Assembly (NCBI GenBank): GCA_963518085.1
Contig: CAUQIB010000008.1
Span: 36,524 to 100,523 of the forward strand
Direction of reading: 5' to 3'
Source of the DNA: an uncultured Veillonella sp.
Lineage (GTDB): Bacteria; Bacillota; Negativicutes; Veillonellales; Veillonellaceae
Length of the DNA: 64,000 nt
Under the pieces are notes generated by a model that was not told the origin of the DNA, did not search any database, and was given only the letters and a program-made list of their open reading frames with translations. Shown piece by piece: positions 48,795 through 59,428 of the stretch. The position numbers and the translations under genes were made by a program. Position 1 is the stretch's first letter; each line of letters starts with the position of its first letter.

Positions 48795-49970
48795 ATGAGA
48801 ATATATATATTAGCAGGTATTCTAGTACTTGCAATGTTTATCTTTGGAGCTATAACAGGATATTTGGTAGCCCTATTTAGAGGACTGAGTAAACGAAAAG
48901 GTTGTATCTACGGATGTGGACTGGGATTGGCCCTTGCCATAGGTACGATTCTATTGCAACGAATGATGTACGGTATCCATGAAGGAATCCTACCAAGCTT
49001 AGTGCGACCTGTGTTACTAGAGCTAAATGGATTAGTAGTAGCACTGGTTGCTACCTGTCTTATATTGGCTGTATTCGGAATATGTTATGGAATATTACAC
49101 CTAGCCAATAGAACTGTGCATGAGGATGACCCTTTGCATATAGGTCGTAGGAATTTCTTCAAACGTACGGCTGTAGTGGTACCTGCTGTAGTAGGTGTCA
49201 CAGGATCAGTAGCGGCTTTTCAGGGGAATAGTGAATTACAATTGCGTAAGTTACAGCTTTCACTGAAAGATAGACCTGAGGTGCTGAAAGGGTATAAGAT
49301 TGGACAACTTAGCGACATTCATTTAGGGCCATTTATCGGCATGGACAAGCTGGAAGAAATGGTGGATGCCATTGCCAGTGAACAGCCTAATCGATTGGTC
49401 ATTACGGGAGATTTAATCGATGAACTAGGATATCTTGATGAAGTGGCGGATTATTTAGATAGTCGTGTAAAAGACTTTCCAGATGGTATCGATTATATTT
49501 TGGGGAACCACGAGTACCGCGTCGATGTAGAACGTGTATGGAACCGATTAAGTCAAACGAAGATGCACATGTATCGCAACAGTCATCAACTAATATTAGG
49601 GGGACCTCGTCCTGTGTACCTAGTGGGCATGGATTACCACTTTAAAGATGATGTGCAAGAGGAAAATGTACGCTTGTTGGATAAAGCTATGAAAGGTATG
49701 CCTGATAATGCATATCCTATTTTGCTAGCCCATCATCCAAACTATATTCCAGAAGCATTTCGAAGACACATTTCCTTAACCTTATCTGGGCATACTCATG
49801 GTGGACAGATCAACTTGTGGGGCATAAACCTAGTGCCGGTGTATAAGCCGTACTGGAAAGGACTCTACGAAGAAGAAGGTTTATTTGCCTATGTGAGTCG
49901 AGGGTCGGGACATTGGTTTCCAGTGCGAGTGAACTGCGCTAGAGAAGTGACGGTGTTTACGATATTGTAA
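48795..49970 (+). CDS. YkuE-like membrane-anchored metallophosphoesterase
   Basis: N-terminal TMs, GRRNFFK, SDIH, TGD, GNHE, LAHHP, SGHTHGGQ. Confidence 0.88.
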   Translation: MRIYILAGILVLAMFIFGAITGYLVALFRGLSKRKGCIYGCGLGLALAIGTILLQRMMYGIHEGILPSLVRPVLLELNGLVVALVATCLILAVFGICYGILHLANRTVHEDDPLHIGRRNFFKRTAVVVPAVVGVTGSVAAFQGNSELQLRKLQLSLKDRPEVLKGYKIGQLSDIHLGPFIGMDKLEEMVDAIASEQPNRLVITGDLIDELGYLDEVADYLDSRVKDFPDGIDYILGNHEYRVDVERVWNRLSQTKMHMYRNSHQLILGGPRPVYLVGMDYHFKDDVQEENVRLLDKAMKGMPDNAYPILLAHHPNYIPEAFRRHISLTLSGHTHGGQINLWGINLVPVYKPYWKGLYEEEGLFAYVSRGSGHWFPVRVNCAREVTVFTIL

Positions 49971-50209
49971 ATTAAAAAATAGAATCTCTACAGTGTCTAC
50001 AATGGATATAATTTTGATATCCATTATTAAAAGTTTAAATGATAATAGAGGTAATAGCTAATTCTTTCATTCTTTGAAATATATGTTTAAAAATTTATAT
50101 TGAGAGATAATATCAATTGTGGTATAGTATAAGTAAGTAAGACTCATGTAATTTTTAATTTAGGGATAGTACTGGAAATCCCACACGTATTAGAAAAGGA
50201 GGAAAGACT

Positions 50210-51151
50210 ATGAAAGAATTTAAAATTTGGCGGTTGTTCATTGTGTTTGCCGTTTGTATCATGGCTATTGCAGGCTGTGGAAAACAAGCGGATACGGTAC
50301 AAGATGGTAAGCCATTACAAGTAGTAACTACTACAACAATGATTACAGATTTAGTACAAAAAATTGGTGGTGACCATGTAACAGTGCAAGGTTTGATGGG
50401 TCCTGGAGTGGATCCACATTTATACCAAGCTAGCGCAGGTGATGTATCTACACTACAAAAAGGTGATATTATATTCTTGAATGGTATCCATTTGGAAGGT
50501 AAAATGGGACAAGTATTCCAAGAATTGAAAAAATCTAATAAAACTGTAGTGGAAGTGTCGAAAGATATGGATCCATCTACTATATTAGCTTTTAAGGAAG
50601 AAGGCCCAGGTGCAAAAGACCCTCATATTTGGTTTGATGTACAAAACTGGAAATTAGCTGCCAAAGTGGTCAAAGATACATTGGTAGAGAAAGATCCTAG
50701 CCATGAAAAAGATTATGTTGCTAATTACGAAGCATATATGAAAGAATTAGAGGCAGCAGATCAATATATTAAAGATAGAACAAAAGAAATTCCTGAACAA
50801 TCTCGCATATTAGTAACGGCTCATGATGCATTCCATTACTTTGCCCGTGCTTATGGCTTTGAGGTAAAAGGCTTACAAGGCATTAGTACAGAGACAGAGG
50901 CTGGTACTAAAGATATGAATGACTTGGTACAATTTATTGTAGATCATAAAATCAAAGCTATCTTCGTAGAATCTTCTGTTCCTCATAAAACAATTGAAGC
51001 TGTACAAGAAGCATGTAAAGCTAAAGGTTGGGACGTGGCTATCGGAGGCGAACTATACTCTGATTCCTTAGGCTCTCCAAACACAGAAGGCGGCACTTAT
51101 ATTGGTATGGTCAAAGCTAATATTGATACGATTGTAGGAGCTCTTAAATGA
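50210..51151 (+). CDS. troA: Mn/Zn/Fe ABC transporter substrate-binding lipoprotein (TroA/MntA)
   Basis: Lipobox IAGC; GVDPHLY, DPHIWFD, TAHDAF, LYSDSLG. Confidence 0.88.
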   Translation: MKEFKIWRLFIVFAVCIMAIAGCGKQADTVQDGKPLQVVTTTTMITDLVQKIGGDHVTVQGLMGPGVDPHLYQASAGDVSTLQKGDIIFLNGIHLEGKMGQVFQELKKSNKTVVEVSKDMDPSTILAFKEEGPGAKDPHIWFDVQNWKLAAKVVKDTLVEKDPSHEKDYVANYEAYMKELEAADQYIKDRTKEIPEQSRILVTAHDAFHYFARAYGFEVKGLQGISTETEAGTKDMNDLVQFIVDHKIKAIFVESSVPHKTIEAVQEACKAKGWDVAIGGELYSDSLGSPNTEGGTYIGMVKANIDTIVGALK

Positions 51152-51897
51152 TGAATGATAACAAGTGTATTCTGAAAGTAGATCATCTTTCAGTAGCCTA
51201 TGATGATACAGTAGTGCTGAAAGATGTATCCTTTCAGATTGAAAAAGGAACGATGACGGCCATGGTTGGCCCCAATGGTGCTGGTAAATCTACTTTAGTG
51301 AAAGCTATATTAGGACTGGTGCCGGTATTAGAAGGAATGATTGATTTAACATTAGATGCTAAAACAGTTTCTGCCTATGGAGGAACGAAAACAAATAGTA
51401 TTTATAACCATATTTCCTATGTACCGCAAACCTCAGCAGTAGATTGGGAGTATCCTATCACTGTGTTTGAGGTGGTATTGATGGGCACCTACCGCAGACT
51501 GGGATGGTTTAAACGGCCAGGGAAACGTGAACGAGAAGAGGCGACCAAAGCCTTACAGACGGTAGGTATGTTAGACTATGCACAACGGTCTATATCACAA
51601 TTGTCAGGGGGACAGCAACAGCGTGTATTCCTAGCCCGTGCCTTGGTGGAAAACCAAGAGGTATACTTGCTAGATGAACCTTTCAAAGGTATTGATAAGA
51701 CTACAGAATCTGTGCTAGTGAAGATCATGAAAGAAATGCAAGCAGCAGGCAAAACTTTGCTCATTGTGCACCATAATTTACAGACCTTAGAAGCTTATTT
51801 TGATCAAGTTCTTTGCATCAATCGTAGATTGGTGGGTATGGGACCAGTTCAAGATGTAGTAGGCTCCCATCTCCTAGATGAGACATTTTCATACTAG
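51148..51897 (+). CDS. troB: Metal ABC transporter ATPase
   Basis: GPNGAGKST, YVPQ, LSGGQQQRVFLARAL, LLDEP. Confidence 0.88.
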   Translation: MMNDNKCILKVDHLSVAYDDTVVLKDVSFQIEKGTMTAMVGPNGAGKSTLVKAILGLVPVLEGMIDLTLDAKTVSAYGGTKTNSIYNHISYVPQTSAVDWEYPITVFEVVLMGTYRRLGWFKRPGKREREEATKALQTVGMLDYAQRSISQLSGGQQQRVFLARALVENQEVYLLDEPFKGIDKTTESVLVKIMKEMQAAGKTLLIVHHNLQTLEAYFDQVLCINRRLVGMGPVQDVVGSHLLDETFSY

Positions 51898-51905
51898 GAG
51901 GCTTT

Positions 51906-52754
51906 ATGGAATTATTACAACAATATACATTTCAAATTGTCGCATTGGGAACTGTTATATTAGGCCTAGTGTGTGGTGTGATAGGAACCTTTGCAGTATT
52001 ACGCCAAGAAAGCCTGTTAGGGGATGGCGCAGCTCATTCTACACTACCTGGAGTAGTGGCGGGATTTCTGTTAACAGGTGTGAAAGATACGACCGTATTA
52101 TTACTAGGTGCCATATGCACAGCTTGTTTATCAGAATGGATTATGCACAAAACATCCCAAAAAGGAGTTCATTTTGATGCTGCACTAGCTACGATTTTAG
52201 CGGCTTTCTTTGGATTTGGGACAGTGTTATTGACTCGCGTGAAAACCATGGAAAATGCTGGACAGGCAGGCTTGAATACGTTTATCTTTGGACAGGCTGT
52301 GACCATGATGCAAAGTGATATTTGGGTGATGATCATTTGTGGTACCTGCATTATAGGGGGGGTCATTGTACTTTGGAAAGAATTGAGCCTTACTGTATTT
52401 GACCCTATCGAGGCGCAGTTGATGGGTATCCCAGTGTCAAAAGTACGATTTTTTTATCGTGCGGCTCTTATAGTAGCTATTGTGATTGGAATACGAACAG
52501 TAGGAGTTGTATTAATTAGTTCCTTGCTGATTGGACCAGCCATGATTGGCCGTCAGTGGACACATTCCTTGCGTACCTTGGTAGTGATTGCTGGTATTAG
52601 CGGTGGTATGGTAGCCTTTATGGGGACCTTTGTGAGCGCACTATGGGGAAATCTTCCTACAGGACCTATGATTATCATAGTTATGACTAGTATGATTTTA
52701 TTAAGCTTAGCATTGGCCACAGGTAAACGCCTTGTTAGGAGGTGTTTTGTATGA
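51906..52754 (+). CDS. troC: Metal ABC transporter permease
   Basis: LRQESLLGDGAAHSTLPG, FDP, PTGP. Confidence 0.85.
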   Translation: MELLQQYTFQIVALGTVILGLVCGVIGTFAVLRQESLLGDGAAHSTLPGVVAGFLLTGVKDTTVLLLGAICTACLSEWIMHKTSQKGVHFDAALATILAAFFGFGTVLLTRVKTMENAGQAGLNTFIFGQAVTMMQSDIWVMIICGTCIIGGVIVLWKELSLTVFDPIEAQLMGIPVSKVRFFYRAALIVAIVIGIRTVGVVLISSLLIGPAMIGRQWTHSLRTLVVIAGISGGMVAFMGTFVSALWGNLPTGPMIIIVMTSMILLSLALATGKRLVRRCFV

Positions 52755-53596
52755 GCCATATATTAGAAATTTGGGGGATTGCTACAGTCACTGGTATCAG
52801 TTGTAGCCTCATAGGTACATTCTTGGTATTACGCCGTTTATCTATGATGGTAGATGCTATAACACATACTGTTTTTTTAGGCATTGTATTAGCCTTTTTG
52901 GTAACAAAAGATTTAAATTCTCCTTGGCTTATCATTGGTGCTACAGCCATGGGCGTAGGCACTGTGTATGCAGTGGAATGGATGCAACAACGTCGCTACA
53001 TTCGGCCAGATTCCGCTATTGGTATCGTATTTCCCTTTTTATTTGCCTTAGCCATTGTACTAGTTACCTTATTTGGAAAACATGTCCACTTAGATGTAGA
53101 TACAGCGGTTCTAGGTGATTTAGCGTTTGCTACTTTCCAACGATTCACTATAGATGCCTATGATTTAGGACCTATGTTGTTATGGATTGCGATTTTAGTG
53201 TGTGTCCTCAATGCAGTGTGCATTGCACTCTTTAAGAAGGAATTAATTCTGATAACCTTTGATCCTGTATGTGCTAAAGTGTATCAAGCAATGCCTATGG
53301 CGGTGTCTTATGGGCTTATGACATTGACATCTTTAACAACAGTATCTTCGTTTCAGACTGTAGGGGCTATTTTGGTAACTGGCTGTATGATTGGACCACC
53401 AGCGACAGCGTATATGTTATCTCGAACTGTGAAAGCTATGCTACTTATCAGTATGATAGTAGCTACCATAGCTACTACCCTCGGTGTAGGGTTAGCATTC
53501 CTTTGGGATGTATCCATTGGTGGTATGATTGCTACTGTTATTGGATGTATCTATGGAATAGTATGGATCTATAAATATGGTAAAAAGAATTCATAA
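52751..53596 (+). CDS. troD: Metal ABC transporter permease
   Basis: LVLRRLSMMVDAITHTV, VHLDVD, FQTVGAILV. ATGA overlap with troC. Confidence 0.85.
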   Translation: MSHILEIWGIATVTGISCSLIGTFLVLRRLSMMVDAITHTVFLGIVLAFLVTKDLNSPWLIIGATAMGVGTVYAVEWMQQRRYIRPDSAIGIVFPFLFALAIVLVTLFGKHVHLDVDTAVLGDLAFATFQRFTIDAYDLGPMLLWIAILVCVLNAVCIALFKKELILITFDPVCAKVYQAMPMAVSYGLMTLTSLTTVSSFQTVGAILVTGCMIGPPATAYMLSRTVKAMLLISMIVATIATTLGVGLAFLWDVSIGGMIATVIGCIYGIVWIYKYGKKNS

Positions 53597-53626
53597 AATA
53601 TAGTATAGAACCTATTTTATTGCTAA

Positions 53627-53675
53627 AAATATTGGGGCTACTCTTATAAGAGTAGCCCCAATATTTAGTATAGAG
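53627..53675. mobile_element. Perfect 40-bp palindrome made of two ISL3-like terminal repeats (miniature relic)
   Basis: AAATATTGGGGCTACTCTTA|TAAGAGTAGCCCCAATATTT; the right side plus flank matches the IR at 43607-43639 with 3 mismatches. Confidence 0.7.
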
Positions 53676-53681
53676 AATCAT

Positions 53682-53720
53682 AAAAAAGAGGCTATAACCC
53701 TATGGTTATAGCCTCTTTTG
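53682..53720. terminator. Bidirectional terminator between tro and OPT genes
   Basis: AAAAGAGGCTATAACC-CTAT-GGTTATAGCCTCTTTT. Confidence 0.8.
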
Positions 53721-53736
53721 TGATATGTGTAGTGTT

Positions 53737-55821
53737 TTATTTATTCATATTTTCGATTGCTTCAGCTTCTGCTTTGTTGAATTTAGAAGCGATAACGATA
53801 CGAATCAAGCAAATAGCAGTAAAGATGTATGCTGCAAAGCCTAACCATTCAGAAATATCACCATAGGATTTAGCCTCAGTGAATGCTAATTGAAGAGGAG
53901 CTTCGCTACCACCTGTACTTACGGAGAAGGCGATAACACCGGCGATAATAACACCGATGATACTTTCACCAACAATTAAGCCAGAAGCGAACAAGACACC
54001 ACGACGGTTAGATTGTTCTACGTCTGCATCTGCATAAGCACCAGCACGTTCTTTAGCACGTTTTGTGATGTAACGATTTACGAAGTAACCAATGATTGCA
54101 CCCATTACAAGAGGCATTTCCAAAGTAGGTGGTAAATAGATACCCATGCCAATTGCAAGTGGTGGTAATGTTAAGGATTTTGTTGTAGATTTTAAAATTA
54201 AATTTACAACGATAGCTGCAATACCAACAAGGATACCATAGAAGATGTAAGTCCAATCCATATTAGCATTGAAAATACCTTCTGCGATTTGACGCATCAA
54301 TGTAGCTTGTGGTGCAGATAATGCTTGGGCAGGGTCCATTCCTTCACGAGGCATTGCACCTGTGAAACCATAGGCATGGTATAACAAGTCAAGAACTGGA
54401 GCAATGGCAACGGCACCAGCAAGGGAACCGATTAATAGTGCAATCTGTTGTTTCCAAGGTGTTGCACCTACTAATTGACCAGTTTTCAAGTCTTGTAAGT
54501 TATCATTGGAAATGGCTGCAATGGAGATGACTACAGATGTCATGAAAATAGCCAAAGCAGTGGAGAATTTTACGCCTTCAGGAGTAGATAATAAGTTATT
54601 GGCAGAACCAATAGCAAATACTACTAGAGAAGATACGATGATACCGATGATACCGATACCAGAGATTGGACTTGCAGACGTACCAATCAAACCAGCCATG
54701 TAACCACAAGCAGCAGCTACGAAGAATCCGATTAATAATGCCACTACGATACCAGCAATCACAAGTGTCCAAGCAAGACCTGCAGACATTGGAAGAGCGG
54801 ATACGAAAGAGTAGAAGCAGATGATTAAACCAATAATAATTAATGCAAAAACAACTGCGATAGTAGATGGTTTCATATCTGTATCCATACGATGTGTGTC
54901 GCGATATTCAGCACTAGCCGTCATAGATTTGATAGATAGTTTAATGCCTTCTACAATTGGTTTAAGCAATGTTAATAATGTCCAAATTGCTGCTACGCCG
55001 ATAGTACCAGCACCGATGAAACGAACTTTAGTTTTCCATACAGTGCTAGAGAATTTGATAGCTTCTAAATTATCTGGGTTTGGTAGATGGTTTGTTAAGT
55101 ATGGTACGAAACCACCCCAAGCAATAATCATGCCTACTAAGATGGCAATACCACTGGCAATACCAATTAGGAATCCTGCGCCTAATAAGGCAGAGGAGAA
55201 ACCAAATGGAATTTGTGTAGCACCAGCCCCCACTGGAAACCAGAAAGATTTGGACTCACCGAACACGCGTAAACCTTGTGTTACAAAACTAATAATACCA
55301 GCTAAAGCACCACCGGATACGATTTCTTTCATACCCCCAGATTGTTTTACTGTTTCCCCAGGAACGCTAGAGCCTACTTTTAAGATTTCAGCAGCAGCAC
55401 GACCTTCTGGATATGGTAAGTCGCTGTTCATAACCATAGCGCGGCGCAATGGAATGGTAAATAATACCCCAAGGCAGCCACCACAGGCAGATAATAACAA
55501 AGTTTCTAATAAGTCAAAGTTTTGCCAATAACCGATCATTAATAGACCTGGCAATACGAAGATGACTGCAGATAAGGTACCAGCAGCAGATGCTTGTGTT
55601 TGTACCATGTTGTTTTCAAGAACGTTAGAATCCTTGAAGAAGCGTAAGATTGCCATAGATATTACAGCAGCCGGAATGGAGGATGAAAAAGTCAAACCTA
55701 CTTTTAGTCCTAGGTATACGTTAGATGCAGTGAAAATTAATGTAATAATTGCACCTAGTAGCATGCCTCTGACTGTTAATTCCGGTAAGCTAATATCATG
55801 ACTCATAAAATCATGCTTCAT
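53737..55821 (-). CDS. OPT-family oligopeptide transporter
   Basis: ELTVRG, NVYLGLKVG, ENNMVQT, LPYPEG, NDNLQDLKTG, ATPWKQQ, APQA. Confidence 0.93.
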   Translation of the reverse strand: MKHDFMSHDISLPELTVRGMLLGAIITLIFTASNVYLGLKVGLTFSSSIPAAVISMAILRFFKDSNVLENNMVQTQASAAGTLSAVIFVLPGLLMIGYWQNFDLLETLLLSACGGCLGVLFTIPLRRAMVMNSDLPYPEGRAAAEILKVGSSVPGETVKQSGGMKEIVSGGALAGIISFVTQGLRVFGESKSFWFPVGAGATQIPFGFSSALLGAGFLIGIASGIAILVGMIIAWGGFVPYLTNHLPNPDNLEAIKFSSTVWKTKVRFIGAGTIGVAAIWTLLTLLKPIVEGIKLSIKSMTASAEYRDTHRMDTDMKPSTIAVVFALIIIGLIICFYSFVSALPMSAGLAWTLVIAGIVVALLIGFFVAAACGYMAGLIGTSASPISGIGIIGIIVSSLVVFAIGSANNLLSTPEGVKFSTALAIFMTSVVISIAAISNDNLQDLKTGQLVGATPWKQQIALLIGSLAGAVAIAPVLDLLYHAYGFTGAMPREGMDPAQALSAPQATLMRQIAEGIFNANMDWTYIFYGILVGIAAIVVNLILKSTTKSLTLPPLAIGMGIYLPPTLEMPLVMGAIIGYFVNRYITKRAKERAGAYADADVEQSNRRGVLFASGLIVGESIIGVIIAGVIAFSVSTGGSEAPLQLAFTEAKSYGDISEWLGFAAYIFTAICLIRIVIASKFNKAEAEAIENMNK

Positions 55822-56010
55822 AGTTATACCTCCTTAAAATACACTACTATCTTATTCATTGTATCAGTATTCTCAAGGACTTTCAATAAAAAATATAGTA
55901 AATTTTGTATACATAAGTCTATTTATAGGGGTATAATGAAAGTATTCATACACGGTTCATGTACTTGATGTATATATAGAGAGATACTAATTGTAATAAG
56001 GAGAAGTATT

Positions 56011-56790
56011 ATGAAAAGAAAACTATTTGGCGCATTATTAATGGCTACGTGCTTACCATTGGGACTACATGCGACGGATGTGACAGTAGTAAAAGTAACG
56101 CCTGTTGCTGTAGGAGAACACATTTCTACAACCGCATCACCGGAAACAAATCGCATCATTCGTGAGGCAACGATGAAAGCTAGACAAGATAAGAAACAAA
56201 TCGTTGCGCCAGCAGCAAAAGCATTTACAGATCGTTTGCAAGTGACGGTAAAACCGGAAATGGTGAAAGAAAACCATATGGACCTGACATATCCACGAGT
56301 ACAATCTGTAAGCCCTTATGTGACAAAAGCGATAAATAAAACGATTACAGACTATGTGGAAGCACTTCGTAAACAAGTGCACAAAGTAAATGAAAAAGCA
56401 GTAGATGGAGAAAAACAAAATCTATACATGAGTTATGATGTCAAAGCTGATGGAAATGGTATTTTCTCTGTCACCATCACGTCTTATACGATTGAAGACA
56501 ATGCATCCCATGGAGTAAATGTAGAAAAGGGATTTACTTTTAATACCACTACAGGTCGCATCTTGTCTTTAAGTGACTTTGGTGGATTATCACAAGAAAC
56601 AATCACATCAGGATTACAACAATTACCGAAAGAAGGTAAAAAAGCTATCTATACAGATGTTACAGCAGGGAAACCGAATAGTTTCTTCGCCCGTGAAAAT
56701 CATGATATCGTATTGATTTATGATCAAGGTACCATCGCCCCTATGTCCAGTGGTAGTATCTATGTGCCAGTAGGTAATTTGGGACGATAA
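56011..56790 (+). CDS. Exported PdaC/RsiV-like (DUF4163/DUF3298) protein
   Basis: Signal peptide; TYP, ASHG...GFTFNTTTG..LSLSD, IYDQGTIAPMSSG. Confidence 0.7.
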   Translation: MKRKLFGALLMATCLPLGLHATDVTVVKVTPVAVGEHISTTASPETNRIIREATMKARQDKKQIVAPAAKAFTDRLQVTVKPEMVKENHMDLTYPRVQSVSPYVTKAINKTITDYVEALRKQVHKVNEKAVDGEKQNLYMSYDVKADGNGIFSVTITSYTIEDNASHGVNVEKGFTFNTTTGRILSLSDFGGLSQETITSGLQQLPKEGKKAIYTDVTAGKPNSFFARENHDIVLIYDQGTIAPMSSGSIYVPVGNLGR

Positions 56791-56902
56791 ATGGAAAGAA
56801 TTAGAATACTCTGCGACTAGTAAGATATTTACGTCGAGTAATTGCGAGTATAGATGATATATTTACAGTTAGAGATTGTAAATAATAACTAAGAAATGAA
56901 AT

Positions 56903-56938
56903 AGAGGAACGTTGATACGGTTTGTTCAACGTTCCTCT
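56903..56938. repeat. 36-bp palindromic repeat/terminator, copy 2
   Basis: AGAGGAACGTTGATACGGTTTGTTCAACGTTCCTCT, inverted relative to 3555-3590. Confidence 0.8.
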
Positions 56939-57053
56939 ATTTTTGGTTGAATTGTGGTTTGTTGTAGTTTCTTTTATACGCGCCAATAAAAATAGTGGGA
57001 AACTTTCGTATATCAACATCGGTAGATCGTGGTAGAGAGTTTACTTAGTGACT

Positions 57054-57857
57054 CTACTCTTTTTTCGGGGCAGCAAGACGTTTGTAATAGGCTTTGTCGA
57101 TATCTGCATAGGAGATAATGCCTTGCTGTGCCATGAGAGTCAGCACTGTTCGTTGTCGCTGTTTAGTAGCATTAATATCGCTGATAGGATTATAGTAAGA
57201 TGGTGCCTGCGGAATGCCTGCTAGGACGGCAGCTTGGCTCACATTTAACTCTTTAGGGTCTGTGTTGAAGTATCCTTCCGAGGCGGCTTTGATGCCATAA
57301 TAGTCAGTTCCATAATAAATGGTGTTCAAATACATAGTGATGATTTCATCTTTGCTGTAGTAGTGCTCCATTAAATAAGCGAGAAATACTTCTTCCACCT
57401 TACGAGACATGATACGTTTGGAGGATAAGAATAAATTTTTCACCAATTGTTGTGTAATGGTACTACCACCCTCCACGGTTTGTCCAGCTATGGTATTGGT
57501 ATACAAGGCTCGACCAATGCTAAAGAAATCCACCGCTCCATGATCATAAAAACGTTTATCTTCTGTAGCCACTAATGCTTGTTTCACAATAGGACTAATG
57601 TCTTCGCTGCGAACGCGATGCTCTAGTGGCACCCGTTTATCCATGGCCTCCTCTACAGCTTCTTTGAAATGAAAGAGACGTTTAATGCGGTCGATTCTGG
57701 AAAGTTGATCTTCTCCTTGTTCGATAGTTTGTTCTTTTGTGGTTTGTGCTACATGTTGCGTAGGGGTGGAACTGCCTCCTGGAGTATACCCAGCGAACCA
57801 ATATAAACCACCAGCTGCCAAAGCGAGCACAAGGATGAGTTTTAAAAGTGTTTTCAT
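57054..57857 (-). CDS. Monofunctional peptidoglycan glycosyltransferase (GT51)
   Basis: ATEDKRFYDH, GGSTITQQLVKN, RKVEE, YLNTIYYG, PQAPS; no transpeptidase domain. Confidence 0.92.
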   Translation of the reverse strand: MKTLLKLILVLALAAGGLYWFAGYTPGGSSTPTQHVAQTTKEQTIEQGEDQLSRIDRIKRLFHFKEAVEEAMDKRVPLEHRVRSEDISPIVKQALVATEDKRFYDHGAVDFFSIGRALYTNTIAGQTVEGGSTITQQLVKNLFLSSKRIMSRKVEEVFLAYLMEHYYSKDEIITMYLNTIYYGTDYYGIKAASEGYFNTDPKELNVSQAAVLAGIPQAPSYYNPISDINATKQRQRTVLTLMAQQGIISYADIDKAYYKRLAAPKKE

Positions 57858-58082
57858 GGCTTCATCATATCATATCTAAGGTGTATCAACAATAGGAGGA
57901 ATGGATTATAACAGTAGAAAGATTTGTTGGCTATTAACATTGTGTAGGAATATTGAATCATCCGACTAGACTTGAGCAGAGTGCGTTCGTTTGGTAATGT
58001 ATATTAGTGGAAAGTATGATGTAGTCATAGAAGAGTGATGCGGTTACAGGTTATAGGTATTGCCTATAAACTGGCATAAGAT

Positions 58083-58151
58083 AGAATAAAAATGCATACA
58101 AAAGAATTTTTATAAAAAATACTTGCATTATTATGCATTAGGTTGTATAAT
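58083..58151 (+). promoter_or_regulatory. argG promoter with ARG boxes (ArgR)
   Basis: TTGCAT-17 bp-TATAAT; perfect TGCAT-TATT-ATGCA at 58124-58137 over -35; weaker boxes at 58083 and 58103. Confidence 0.8.
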
Positions 58152-58213
58152 ACGTTCATAAGATAAAAACAGGTACTGCACAGCAGTTATTTACACAAAG
58201 AAAGAGGTCAATT

Positions 58214-59428
58214 ATGAGCAACATTAACAAAGTAGTATTAGCTTACTCCGGTGGTTTGGACACATCCGTTATTATTCCTTGGTTAAAAGAAAACTATGGC
58301 GCAGAAGTCATCGCTGTATGCGTGAACTTAGGTCAACCAGAAGATTATAATGCCGTAGAGAAAAAAGCTATCAAATCTGGTGCTACAAAAGCGTACATCA
58401 TTGATGCGCAAGAAGAGTTTGTATCCGATTATATTTGGCCTGTGGTAAAAGCTGGTGCTGTGTACGAAGGTAAATACTTATTAGGCACTTCCTTCGCAAG
58501 ACCATTGATTGCAAAAAAATTAGTGGAAATTGCTGCACAAGAAGGAGCGGATGCCATCGCTCATGGTGCTACAGGTAAAGGGAATGACCAAGTGCGGTTT
58601 GAATTGACAATCAAAGCACTTTCACCAAATACAAAAATCATCGCTCCATGGCGTGAATGGGAATTGAAATCCCGGGAAGATTGCATGGAATACGCAGCGA
58701 AACACGATATTCCAGTAGTGGCAACAAAAAAACATCCCTACTCTATGGACCAAAACGTATGGCATTTATCCCATGAAGGTGGCGATTTAGAAGATCCTAA
58801 GAATGCCCCTAAAAATGATGTATATTTAGTTAGCAAATCTCCAGAAGAAGCGCCAGATGCGCCAACTATGGTGACTATCGACTTTAAAGAAGGTGTGCCA
58901 GTGGCAGTGAATGGTCAAGCCATGTCTCCACTTACCATCTTACAAACATTGAACGAAATCGGTGCTGCTAATGGTATCGGTATTGTGGATATCGTAGAAA
59001 ACCGGTTAGTAGGTATGAAATCTCGTGGTGTCTATGAAAATCCTGGCGGAGCCATCATCATGTATGCGCACAGAGAATTGGAATACCTTTGCCTAGACAG
59101 AGCTACCTACCATTACAAAGAATTAGTGGCGAATAAATACGGAGAACTTGTGTATGATGGTATGTGGTTTGCTCCATTGATGAGCGCTTTGCAAGCCTTC
59201 GTGGACAGCACACAACAAACAGTCACAGGTCAAGTCACATTGAAATTATACAAAGGTAATATTATCAGCGCCGGATCTACATCTCCATATTCCTTGTATA
59301 ACCAAGAATTTGTAACATTTGAAGAAGATGATGTATATAACCAAGCCGATGCAGAAGGTTTCATCAACTTATTCGGATTGCCTTTAACAATCAATGCATT
59401 AATGAAAGAGAAAGCAGGTTTAAAATAA
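58214..59428 (+). CDS. argG: Argininosuccinate synthase
   Basis: [38 protein letters not shown]. Confidence 0.98.
   Translation: MSNINKVVLAYSGGLDTSVIIPWLKENYGAEVIAVCVNLGQPEDYNAVEKKAIKSGATKAYIIDAQEEFVSDYIWPVVKAGAVYEGKYLLGTSFARPLIAKKLVEIAAQEGADAIAHGATGKGNDQVRFELTIKALSPNTKIIAPWREWELKSREDCMEYAAKHDIPVVATKKHPYSMDQNVWHLSHEGGDLEDPKNAPKNDVYLVSKSPEEAPDAPTMVTIDFKEGVPVAVNGQAMSPLTILQTLNEIGAANGIGIVDIVENRLVGMKSRGVYENPGGAIIMYAHRELEYLCLDRATYHYKELVANKYGELVYDGMWFAPLMSALQAFVDSTQQTVTGQVTLKLYKGNIISAGSTSPYSLYNQEFVTFEEDDVYNQADAEGFINLFGLPLTINALMKEKAGLK

Noticed and set aside
50030..50125. Fur/Zur/TroR box upstream of the metal ABC operon
   Set aside because: Only partial GATAAT matches in AT-rich DNA; I cannot assign a regulator.
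54821..55531. 236-aa + strand ORF
   Set aside because: Antisense shadow of the OPT transporter with no SD or motifs. The other ORF-track entries nested in or antisense to well-supported genes were dropped for the same reason.
57894..57969. AGGAGGA followed by a short ORF (MDYNSRK...)
   Set aside because: SD and ATG are essentially adjacent, the peptide has no recognisable features, and it lies at the divergent promoter.
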